A DNA stretch of 64,000 nt from Clostridium sp. Its GTDB lineage: Bacteria > Bacillota > Clostridia > TANB77 > CAG-508. The position numbers and the translations under genes were made by a program. The DNA is taken from the NCBI GenBank assembly GCA_052174015.1, contig JBQMXM010000003.1, forward strand, positions 8,536-72,535. The letters are read 5' to 3'. Below the pieces are notes generated by a model that was given only the letters and a program-made list of their open reading frames with translations, did not search any database and had not been told where the DNA came from. Numbering within the stretch: the stretch's first letter is position 1; each line of letters opens with the position of its first letter. Of the stretch, positions 27,387 to 36,102 are shown in pieces.

Positions 27387-28757
27387 ATGATGAAAAAACA
27401 AAAGATAAAAGAAAGTAAGAAAAGAAATGAACAAGGTATAACACTCATTGCATTAGTACTTACAATAATAGTATTACTAATACTTGCAGGAGTAGCACTT
27501 AGTTTAGCACTTGGGCAAAATGGCTTAGTGTTTAAAGCAAAAGAAAGTAAGCAAAAACAAGAAATAGCACAAGAAAAAGACAGAATAATGACAGCATATG
27601 GAGCAAGTTTTGATAAAGGAAAATTTAATAAAGCTATTTTTAAAGAAGAATTAAAAAATCAAGGAGTAAATTTTGATGATGAAATAGTGGGAGATGAAAA
27701 TGCTACTCCACTTAACTTAAAACTTAAAACAAAACATGATGAATATACAGTTACTTATACAATAGATGATGGTAGAATAGAAACAAAATCAATAGGGCAA
27801 AATCATTTGGCAAAATCAGAAATACAAGTTGGAGACACAATAATTTATGACCCAACAAAAGGTGTAACGGATACTAGTAAACTTACATACACATCACCTA
27901 AAGGGACAGCAAAAACTGGAGGTAATGGATATGCTGACCAAACAATAACAATAGATCCAACTGCCAAAGAATGGATTGTAATATCAACTCATAATAACCA
28001 AATAAAGGTGATGGCAAAAGAACCAGTAGGAGACTATAACCAACAACTAACATTACAAGGTGGTATAGCTTGGTTATATGCAGAAGAAGAACTGCATAAA
28101 GCATGTAGTATATATGGACATGGTAAAGGAGCTAAAAAAACTACAACAACATACCAAATAGGGAATCCATATATAGGAGAAGCCAAAACAAGAACATTAA
28201 CTGATTCTGCTGCAAGAAGTATGACAATGGAAGATATAGTGCATATTATGAAAGGTGAAAGTTATACAGATTTTACAGACAAAGAGAAGAACGACTTTAA
28301 TGATCAGCATAACTATAAGGCAGAATCTCAAAAAAGTCCAGAAGCATTATATCCAACAATAAGTAGCATGCAAGAAAGCGGAGAAAGTACAACTAAACAA
28401 AGATATGAACATGAATGGTATTACATATCTAAAAATAACTACTATGATAAAGATTTAGTAGAAGATGCAGAAGTAAAAGCAAATAAGAGAAAATTAAAAG
28501 AACATATATTTAAACACAAATCTTATTGGCTTGGTTCTCGTTATGTTACTGCTAACTATAGTGGTGCGTACTTCTGTATACGTCTTATAGACCATGAGGC
28601 TGTCTTTGGCTATGATACCTTTGATTTTAATGCTATTAAGTCTAAGGTTTCTTGTGATTACCCTGATTTAAGATTTTTGCGACCTGTGGTAATCTTAGAT
28701 TCCAATGCAGATATAGTGGAGACAAGCTCAGGAAGTGGAGTATGGGAAATAAAATAA
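27387..28757 (+). CDS. Prepilin-like (class III signal-like N-terminus) secreted/surface protein, paralogue A
   Basis: 456 aa. The N-terminus is KKRNEQG/ITLIALVLTIIVLLILAGVALSLA, with Ala rather than Glu at +5. The conserved core is QVGDTIIYDPTKGVTDTSKLTYTSPKGTAKTGGNGY...WLYAEEELHKACSIYGHGKGA. The C-terminal module is YWLGSRYV...LRPVVILD. Confidence 0.55.
   Translation: MMKKQKIKESKKRNEQGITLIALVLTIIVLLILAGVALSLALGQNGLVFKAKESKQKQEIAQEKDRIMTAYGASFDKGKFNKAIFKEELKNQGVNFDDEIVGDENATPLNLKLKTKHDEYTVTYTIDDGRIETKSIGQNHLAKSEIQVGDTIIYDPTKGVTDTSKLTYTSPKGTAKTGGNGYADQTITIDPTAKEWIVISTHNNQIKVMAKEPVGDYNQQLTLQGGIAWLYAEEELHKACSIYGHGKGAKKTTTTYQIGNPYIGEAKTRTLTDSAARSMTMEDIVHIMKGESYTDFTDKEKNDFNDQHNYKAESQKSPEALYPTISSMQESGESTTKQRYEHEWYYISKNNYYDKDLVEDAEVKANKRKLKEHIFKHKSYWLGSRYVTANYSGAYFCIRLIDHEAVFGYDTFDFNAIKSKVSCDYPDLRFLRPVVILDSNADIVETSSGSGVWEIK
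27828..28300 (+). repeat. Dispersed direct repeat, copy 1 (conserved core of the prepilin-like paralogues)
   Basis: Long runs are nearly identical at nucleotide level to 36559-37025. For example, gttggagacaca..atttatgacccaacaaaaggtgt occurs in both copies, as does tatgcagaagaagaa.t.cataaagca.gtagtatatatgga. Confidence 0.7.
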
Positions 28758-28896
28758 TGTGAAAGGAAAAACTGTAAAGTATACAGAAAAATATAAAAGA
28801 TTAAAAACAAATTTAATAAATAATTAGATTATAGATGTATAATTTGAGTTTTAACTTTAAATTAAAATATATTTGTAAAATATATATATATATTTA

Positions 28897-28938
28897 AAAA
28901 GTTAGTATATAATATAAGTATACTAACTTTTATTTTAT
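28897..28938 (+). terminator. Rho-independent terminator (perfect 13-bp stem)
   Basis: aaaagttagtata-taatataag-tatactaactttt followed by attttat. Confidence 0.65.
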
Positions 28939-29043
28939 GTAATATATTAAATAAGATAAAAGTTTTAAATCAAAGTTTTAAATAATGTTTATAATTAAAA
29001 GATAAGAAAAATTCAATAAAATACAAAATAATTTTTTAATAAT

Positions 29044-29664
29044 ATGAATATGAAAAGGAATAAAATGAAAAAAGACATAAGGAAAAGTAAGATAAATAAA
29101 AATGGTAAAATAGATAAAGATAATAAAGATAAAAGAATAAATGATTCAAATAATAGAAGAAAAAATATAATTGATTTTAAAAAGATATTTCTACTTATAT
29201 TACTTACATTTATAATTAGTGTAATTGCAGTTATAGTACAATATAATAGAGTTAAAAAAGAAAAAATATCACCTAAATATGCAAATAATGTAACTAAAGA
29301 TGATATTATTGTAGCAAGAGTGAGAGACTCAAATGAATATGATAGAATGAAAATATATTTAGGTGCAATAATTGACGATATTAATAATAAAAGGTATGAT
29401 ATATTATATTCAAAATTATATCCTAAATTTAAAGAAAACTATTTTAAAACAGAAGAAGAATTTAAAAGATATTTAGAATTAGTATATCCACAAAATGCAA
29501 GTATAGTACATAAAAACTTTGAAAAAATAGGGGATTACTATGTTTTAGAAGTAGGGATTATTAATAGTAATAACTTATCAGATTACAAAAATATATATAA
29601 AACATATTTTGTATTTAAAGAATCAGGATTTAATAATTATTATTTTTCTTTTAGTAAGAACTAA
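29044..29664 (+). CDS. Membrane-anchored protein with basic N-tail and small NTF2/SnoaL-like-looking ectodomain
   Basis: 206 aa. The N-terminus is K/N/R-rich and the TM is IFLLILLTFIISVIAVIV. The start is uncertain, because ATG 29065 has AAGGA 5 nt upstream. The fold guess is from sequence pattern only. Confidence 0.4.
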   Translation: MNMKRNKMKKDIRKSKINKNGKIDKDNKDKRINDSNNRRKNIIDFKKIFLLILLTFIISVIAVIVQYNRVKKEKISPKYANNVTKDDIIVARVRDSNEYDRMKIYLGAIIDDINNKRYDILYSKLYPKFKENYFKTEEEFKRYLELVYPQNASIVHKNFEKIGDYYVLEVGIINSNNLSDYKNIYKTYFVFKESGFNNYYFSFSKN

Positions 29665-29709
29665 TATAATTTAAATAATATATAATATAATAAATAATAA
29701 GGGGAATAT

Positions 29710-30687
29710 ATGATAGTAACAAAACTATTTAGATTAATTGAAGATTATATACGAAAAAATAAAAATGGACTTTTTTTCATAATATTAATATTTGCAATAC
29801 TTATAAATATTAATTTGATATATAATAAATTAAATGTTAGAACTAAACCAATAGTTGCAAATAATAAGGATTTACCTATATTTTCAGATACATTAAAGTT
29901 TCCAAATAAAATAAATACAGAAGGAAAAGAATTAATTAATAAGTTTTTAAATTATGCTAAAGAAGAAAAATATGACAAAGCAGTAGAAATGCTAGATAAA
30001 GAAAATTTAGAACAATCATTTGAAAATAAGTATGAAGCAATAGGATATATAAAAGAGATATATGGTAATAAGATGTATGATGTGCGTGCATATTCAAAAA
30101 AAGACAATCATTATATATTTCAAGTAAAAGTATTTGATGATTTTTTAGCAACAGGATTAACAGATTCAAAATTTAATTATTATGATTCAAAAATAGTTAT
30201 AAAAAATGATAAGGGAAATCTAAAACTAAGAATCAAAGGATATATTGAAACAAAATCAATTAAAGGGATGTATGAAGATAATAACTTAAAAGTAGAACTT
30301 TTAAATAAAAGAGTATGGGAAACGAAAGAAATATATACAATGAAAATCACAAATAGAACAGGACATACTTTAGTAGTTTCAGATCATAATCCAGAAGCAG
30401 GCTTACAAATTGGATTAGATTTAGGAAAATCAAAAAGAAAAAATAAGAATAGATCAATAATATCACTTGCTCCATATGAGACAAAAGAAGTAAGTGCAAT
30501 GTTTGATAAATTTTCAACTGAAAGTACAGAAGAATATGGTATAATATTAGATACAATTAGAATATATAAAAAATATCAAAATGTAGGTTCAACAATATAT
30601 GATAATAATATATTAAATGAAAACAAGAAAAATATAGTTACCCAATATTCAATAACGATAAATATTGAAAAAAATGAAAGGAAATAA
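29710..30687 (+). CDS. Membrane-anchored two-domain extracytoplasmic protein (NTF2-like-looking + Ig-like-looking)
   Basis: 325 aa. AAGGGG RBS. The TM is LFFIILIFAILININLI. The sequence includes LNYAKEEKYDKAVEML... and then ...YTMKITNRTGHTLVV... Confidence 0.4.
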   Translation: MIVTKLFRLIEDYIRKNKNGLFFIILIFAILININLIYNKLNVRTKPIVANNKDLPIFSDTLKFPNKINTEGKELINKFLNYAKEEKYDKAVEMLDKENLEQSFENKYEAIGYIKEIYGNKMYDVRAYSKKDNHYIFQVKVFDDFLATGLTDSKFNYYDSKIVIKNDKGNLKLRIKGYIETKSIKGMYEDNNLKVELLNKRVWETKEIYTMKITNRTGHTLVVSDHNPEAGLQIGLDLGKSKRKNKNRSIISLAPYETKEVSAMFDKFSTESTEEYGIILDTIRIYKKYQNVGSTIYDNNILNENKKNIVTQYSITINIEKNERK

Positions 30688-30689
30688 CA

Positions 30690-31364
30690 ATGAAAACATA
30701 TTATGATGTTTTAGAAGTAAGCAGTAAGGCTGGAACAGAAGTTATAAATAGGGCTCATAAAGTTTTAGTAAAAAAGTATCATCCAGACTTACAACTAGAT
30801 GAACAAAGTAAAAAAGAAGCAGCACAAAAAATGATAGAGATAAATGCTGCATATGAAGTATTATCAGATGAAAATAAGAGAGCAAAATATGATGCAGAAT
30901 TAAAAAGAGAAGAAGAAATAGCTAAACAAAAAGAATTAGAAAAAATGCAAAGAAATTCTCAAGTTAGATATAGTACAAAAAGTGATAATAATACACATTT
31001 AAATGTTCAAGATAATTCAAGTGATAATGTAGTTGGATATAATAATGCAGAAGATATGCAAAATTATCAAAACGAATTCTATAAAATGGCATATGAAACA
31101 GAACGAAAAAGACAACAAATGTTAAGAGATATGGAAATAGAACATTATAGGAGAATGGGATATAAGATTGTGTATCCTGTAACAATGAGAGAAATGATTA
31201 CAAGAGCAATAATTATATTAGTATTTTTAGTAATATTTATAGCAATGTTCAATATACCATTCTTTGATAATCAAGTACATGAATTCTTTAAAGAAAATAC
31301 ATTTACAGAAGGTATATATAGGTTACTTAAAAATATATTTACATTTAAATGGTTAGGTGGTTAA
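30690..31364 (+). CDS. J-domain (DnaJ-like) protein with C-terminal transmembrane anchor
   Basis: TYYDVLEVSSKAGTEVINRAHKVLVKKYHPDL...INAAYEVLSDENKRAKYD includes the HPD motif. The C-terminal TM is AIIILVFLVIFIAMFNIPFF. There is no Zn-finger or G/F region. Confidence 0.8.
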   Translation: MKTYYDVLEVSSKAGTEVINRAHKVLVKKYHPDLQLDEQSKKEAAQKMIEINAAYEVLSDENKRAKYDAELKREEEIAKQKELEKMQRNSQVRYSTKSDNNTHLNVQDNSSDNVVGYNNAEDMQNYQNEFYKMAYETERKRQQMLRDMEIEHYRRMGYKIVYPVTMREMITRAIIILVFLVIFIAMFNIPFFDNQVHEFFKENTFTEGIYRLLKNIFTFKWLGG

Positions 31365-31366
31365 AA

Positions 31367-32230
31367 ATGGATAAAAAAACAACTAGGATTATAGCAATGA
31401 TGATAGTACTTGGAATAATAGCAGTAACTATAATAGTGGTTATGGCAGTATTCTTAGTAAATAAAAAAATACAAACAGCAGATATTAATAAGAAAAAAGC
31501 AGAAGTACCAGCAGGAGCTAATGTTCCAACACAAGAAAGATTAGATACAATAACTGAAACTAAAATTATAAAAGATACAGGAACAGATAAAATACCAACA
31601 AATTTTAAAAATGTTAATTATACAGAAACAGCTAAATATCAATTTAAAAAAATAGAGTATGGAGATGACTATTTAGAAATAAAATTTAAAAATGGACCAA
31701 TATTTAAAATAAAATTATTTAATAAAATATCACCAAATATATGTAAAGAATTAGAAGAATTATCTAAAACTGGTAAATTAAATAATTTAATATCAGGTGG
31801 ATGTACATTTGCAGACTTACATATAGGTTATAGGGACCCATATAAGACAATATTTTCAAAATCATATATAGATGATATAAACTATAATTTAGTGCCATAT
31901 AAAGGAGCTTTAATAACAGAAATAATTACAGATGAAAAAGGAAATTATATAAAAAATACTATGAAGATAGTTTTAGATAATTTATCACCAGATGATGAAA
32001 CATATCTAAATAACTATAATTTTCCAGAAGCATTAAAAACAGAAGCTAAAAATAGGGGTGGAAAATATTATAGAGAATACTTACAAAATGTAGTAATAGG
32101 ACAAATGGTAGGTGAGATAGATAAATTAGAAGAATATATAACTAATGTAGACAAGACACAAAAAACTACTGAAGCAGAAGGAGTAGTAATAGAGATAGAA
32201 TACATTAAATATATAAAGAATAGTCAATAG
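31367..32230 (+). CDS. Membrane-anchored protein with a possible degenerate cyclophilin-like domain
   Basis: AGGTGG lies 6 nt before ATG 31367. The TM is IIAMMIVLGIIAVTIIVVMAVFLV. The segment LEIKFKNGPIFKIKLFNKISPNICKELEELSKTGKLNNL...YKGALI...VIGQMVGEIDKLEEYI loosely follows the cyclophilin pattern, but the catalytic residues are not evident. Confidence 0.35.
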   Translation: MDKKTTRIIAMMIVLGIIAVTIIVVMAVFLVNKKIQTADINKKKAEVPAGANVPTQERLDTITETKIIKDTGTDKIPTNFKNVNYTETAKYQFKKIEYGDDYLEIKFKNGPIFKIKLFNKISPNICKELEELSKTGKLNNLISGGCTFADLHIGYRDPYKTIFSKSYIDDINYNLVPYKGALITEIITDEKGNYIKNTMKIVLDNLSPDDETYLNNYNFPEALKTEAKNRGGKYYREYLQNVVIGQMVGEIDKLEEYITNVDKTQKTTEAEGVVIEIEYIKYIKNSQ

Positions 32231-32257
32231 GAAATGATTAATATATAAATTTAAAAT

Positions 32258-32295
32258 AAATACAAGCTATAATATTTAAATTATAGCTTGTATTT
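32258..32295. terminator. Bidirectional terminator (16-bp perfect stem) between convergent operons
   Basis: aaatacaagctataat-atttaa-attatagcttgtattt. Confidence 0.7.
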
Positions 32296-32349
32296 ATTCA
32301 TTATTCGTTTTAAAATTAATTTTATTAAACTAAATTAAATTAAACTTAT

Positions 32350-34143
32350 TTAATTAGTATACATTGTATAATATTCACCTTTTTGTTGAATTAATTCATT
32401 ATGAGTACCATGTTCTAAAATTTTACCATCTGCAAGTAAGTAAATACAATCAGCATTTTTTATTGTAGATAACCTATGTGCGATTATTATAGTTGTTTTG
32501 TTCTTAGATATATTTTTAATAGCTTCTTGAATAATTTTTTCTGTTTTAGTATCAACAGATGAAGTTGCTTCATCAAGTAGTAATATATCAGTATCTGCAA
32601 GTATTGCACGAGCTATAGATATTAATTGTATTTGTCCATGTGAAAGAGTAATATTTTTATTATCAATTATTGTATCATATCCATCTTTGAGTTTTGATAT
32701 AAATTGATGTGCATTTGCTTTTTTAGCAGCTTCAATTACTTCTTCTCGTGTAGCATTTGATTTTCCATAAGAAATATTATCTAAGATACTACCAGAAAAA
32801 AGTTTAGAGTCTTGTAGGATTATAGAGATACACTTTCTTAAATCACGCTTATATATATTTTGTATATTTATTCCATTTAAAAGTATCTCGCCATTATTTG
32901 GTTCTAATTCATAAAATCTGTTTAATAGGTTAAATATTGTTGACTTACCTACACCTGTTTTACCAACTATAGCTATTGTTTGTCCACTATTTACTTTAAA
33001 AGATATATTATTTAGTACATTTACATCATTTTTAATATTATCAGGATAATTAAAAGATACATTTTTAAATTCAATGTTTGCTTTAAAAGGTTTTAAGTCT
33101 GAAGTATTTTTATTATTCTTAGTAGTAATATATGTTTTGTTATCAATCTTTTTTATTATATATTTACCACTATATATTTCGCTATTGTATTCAATTAAAT
33201 TAAAAATTCTTTTAGCTGCAGGTAAAGCTTTAACAACTGAACCAATATGATTTGAGACTTCTCTTGAAGGATTAGTTAAATTTTGAGCTATTTTAAAATA
33301 TATAATTATTGTACCTAAAGTTGCTTGTCCTTTAATAATTAACCAAATCCCTATAAGTGCATAAAATACAAATATTAGATTAGAAATTATACTTGATAAA
33401 GGAACCATTAAAAAAGAAAGCACATTTGTTTTAGTTTGAGCGATAGCACAATTATGTGTTAGAGTTTTAAAGCTATCAATCCTACTTTTTTTAGTATTAT
33501 ATATTTTAATAGTTTTTAATCCATTAATACTTTCTTGGACAAATCCAGAAAGCTCTCCATATCTTTTTTGAGTCTCTTTAGATGCTTTTTTAATTTTTTT
33601 ACCTAAAATTTTTGAAACCAATATGTACATAAATAATGTTAATATATTGAAAATAGCTAAATATATATTTAAATACATTAATGCAATTAAAGTAACTGTA
33701 ATTACTAAAGTATTTATAACTATTTTTCTAAAACTTTGGTCAATAATAAACGAGATTAACTCTAAATCATTTGCATATATTGATAAAATCTCACCACTAC
33801 TATTATTATTAAAATATGATATATGAGCAGTTTGAGTTTTAAAGAAAAGTTCTTTTCTAATATTGTACATTATTTTTTGAGTTATTTTAGCAATTTTTAG
33901 AGTTCCAAAAAAGTTATTAGTACTAGATAATACATTTAAAACTATAAATAATGATATTAGGTTAGTTAAACTAGCTATTTCTTTTCTAGTAATAGCATCA
34001 ATAATATTACCAAAAAATACGAATGAAAGTATATTAAAAATATTTGAAAATATTATTAGTATTGAACCAATTATAAATTTTCTCTTGTAAGGAGCCATAA
34101 ATTTTAATATTTTTTTAATTAAATCTAAATTCTCTTTAAACAT
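32350..34143 (-). CDS. ABC exporter, fused permease/ATPase (type I exporter half-transporter)
   Basis: 597 aa with six N-terminal TM helices. Walker A is GKTGVGKST, the signature is LSHGQIQLISIARA, and Walker B is ILLLDEATSSVD. Confidence 0.9.
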   Translation of the reverse strand: MFKENLDLIKKILKFMAPYKRKFIIGSILIIFSNIFNILSFVFFGNIIDAITRKEIASLTNLISLFIVLNVLSSTNNFFGTLKIAKITQKIMYNIRKELFFKTQTAHISYFNNNSSGEILSIYANDLELISFIIDQSFRKIVINTLVITVTLIALMYLNIYLAIFNILTLFMYILVSKILGKKIKKASKETQKRYGELSGFVQESINGLKTIKIYNTKKSRIDSFKTLTHNCAIAQTKTNVLSFLMVPLSSIISNLIFVFYALIGIWLIIKGQATLGTIIIYFKIAQNLTNPSREVSNHIGSVVKALPAAKRIFNLIEYNSEIYSGKYIIKKIDNKTYITTKNNKNTSDLKPFKANIEFKNVSFNYPDNIKNDVNVLNNISFKVNSGQTIAIVGKTGVGKSTIFNLLNRFYELEPNNGEILLNGINIQNIYKRDLRKCISIILQDSKLFSGSILDNISYGKSNATREEVIEAAKKANAHQFISKLKDGYDTIIDNKNITLSHGQIQLISIARAILADTDILLLDEATSSVDTKTEKIIQEAIKNISKNKTTIIIAHRLSTIKNADCIYLLADGKILEHGTHNELIQQKGEYYTMYTN

Positions 34144-35887
34144 TATCCCTCCTTAAAACATTTGCTTGACTTTCATATATTTCCCTATATATTTTAGATG
34201 TATTAATTAATTCTGTGTGTGTACCAAGACCATCTATTTTACCTTCACTATTAAGAACTAATATTTTATCACAAGATATAATGCTTGATATTTTTTGAGA
34301 TATAATAATCTTAGAAATATCATTATATTTAGTATTTAATACATTTTGAATGTTTTTCTCAGTAATTTTATCTATAGCACTTGTAGTATCATCTAATATT
34401 AGTATTTTAAAATCATTATATAATGCTCTTGCAAGAGCAAGTCTTTGTCTTTGTCCACCAGATAAGTTTTTACCTTCTTCTGATAATTTTGTATGTATAC
34501 CATTTTCTAAATTAGAAACAACTTCTTCTAAAGAACAATCTTTTAAAATATTATTAACTTTTTCTAAATCATACTTCGTAATATCAGTATCGTTTTTAAA
34601 AGTTATATTTTCATAAACAGATTGAGAAAATATTGATATATCTTGAAAAACAGCAGATATTATGTTTTCTAAACTAGATATATCATAATTTTTAATATCT
34701 TTACCACCAAGTAATATTTGTCCTTGACTTGCATCATAAAATCTAGGAATTAATTGTATGATAGAAGATTTACCAGAACCAATCTCACCAATTATACCTA
34801 AAGATTCTCCCGTTTTAAGTTTAAAAGAAATATCATTTAAAACAAAATTATCAGTTTTAGGGTATTTAAAAAATACATTTTTAAATTCAATATCATAATT
34901 ATCAAAAGATTTAATAGCATTTTTTACTTCTAATATATCAGGTTTAGTATCTAAGACTTCTACTATCCTTTTGCTAGATGTAAATGCTGGCATAATAGAG
35001 TTTTCTAATTCTGTAACATAAGAATAAAATGTATTTAAAAGAATAGCAATTATAGATGTATATGCAATTAAATCTCCAATACTTAAACTACCATCTAAAA
35101 TATATATAGTTGCATTTTTAACTACTAATACATTTAAAAAAACAAACCCAATTTCAAGAATCAACATAAAAAATATTATTCTAAAAACACTTTTTTGAAA
35201 AATTGTCATATATTCATAATTAATTTTTTCAAACTTTTTAATTTCTTTTTGCTCTTTAGTATATGATTTAATTTCTTTAATTAAAGAAATATTTTCTTCA
35301 ATAAAATTATTAATTTTATCCTTTGTTTTTTGTATAGTTTTAAAAATTGGTAAAAAAAACTTTAAAAACAATATTAATATAAAAATAATTAAAGGAGCAG
35401 AAAATATGAAAATTAAAGTTAACCTACTATGTATATTATAAAGCATATACATAGATGACACTATAATAAATGGATAATATATATATAGTAATGCTATACT
35501 TCCAATATATGTTCCAATATTACTAGTATCATTTGTAATTCTAGTAAATAATGTAGAATTAGGGAAATTATTAATATTATTAAAAGAAAAATTAAGTATA
35601 TGTTTAAATACAGTATTTCTAAGGTCTTCAATTATTCTTGTTTCTAAATATACTAATACATAACTAGATAAAACAGAAAGAGTTGCATAACTAAATGTTG
35701 CAAAAAGTAATAATGATGCATATTTTAAAGTGATATTAAAATTAAGATTAGTTACACCTTTATCTATTGTATCTTTAATAATGTATGGCATCCATAAAGT
35801 AAATCCAGATTCAGATAAAAGCAATATTAATATAAGTATAAAAAAAATACTAAATTTAAATATATATTTTTTTGTTAATTTAAACAT
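34136..35887 (-). CDS. ABC exporter, fused permease/ATPase (partner half-transporter)
   Basis: 583 aa. Walker A is GEIGSGKSS, the signature is LSGGQRQRLALARA, and Walker B is ILILDDTTSAID. It overlaps the downstream partner by 8 nt. Confidence 0.9.
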   Translation of the reverse strand: MFKLTKKYIFKFSIFFILILILLLSESGFTLWMPYIIKDTIDKGVTNLNFNITLKYASLLLFATFSYATLSVLSSYVLVYLETRIIEDLRNTVFKHILNFSFNNINNFPNSTLFTRITNDTSNIGTYIGSIALLYIYYPFIIVSSMYMLYNIHSRLTLIFIFSAPLIIFILILFLKFFLPIFKTIQKTKDKINNFIEENISLIKEIKSYTKEQKEIKKFEKINYEYMTIFQKSVFRIIFFMLILEIGFVFLNVLVVKNATIYILDGSLSIGDLIAYTSIIAILLNTFYSYVTELENSIMPAFTSSKRIVEVLDTKPDILEVKNAIKSFDNYDIEFKNVFFKYPKTDNFVLNDISFKLKTGESLGIIGEIGSGKSSIIQLIPRFYDASQGQILLGGKDIKNYDISSLENIISAVFQDISIFSQSVYENITFKNDTDITKYDLEKVNNILKDCSLEEVVSNLENGIHTKLSEEGKNLSGGQRQRLALARALYNDFKILILDDTTSAIDKITEKNIQNVLNTKYNDISKIIISQKISSIISCDKILVLNSEGKIDGLGTHTELINTSKIYREIYESQANVLRRDNV

Positions 35888-36102
35888 ATCTCCCCCTTAT
35901 ACAGATATATTAGCATACTAACTTAAAAAAAAACAATAAAATCAAAATAAATATATTACAAAAAAAATATATTTTGAAAATAATATAGAAAAAACATAAT
36001 AAACAACTTACAATATATTTAATAAGATAAAATAAAAAAGAGAAAAGAAAATAAACAATAAACAAATAAACAAATAAAATAAAAATAAATAAAAAAGGAG
36101 AT

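Noticed and set aside
36030-36100. A-rich, quasi-periodic tract (aaataaacaataaacaaataaacaaataaaataaaaataaat) upstream of prepilin-like paralogue B.
   Set aside because: It may act as a curved-DNA or UP-like element. It is indistinguishable from generic AT-rich intergenic low complexity without experimental data.
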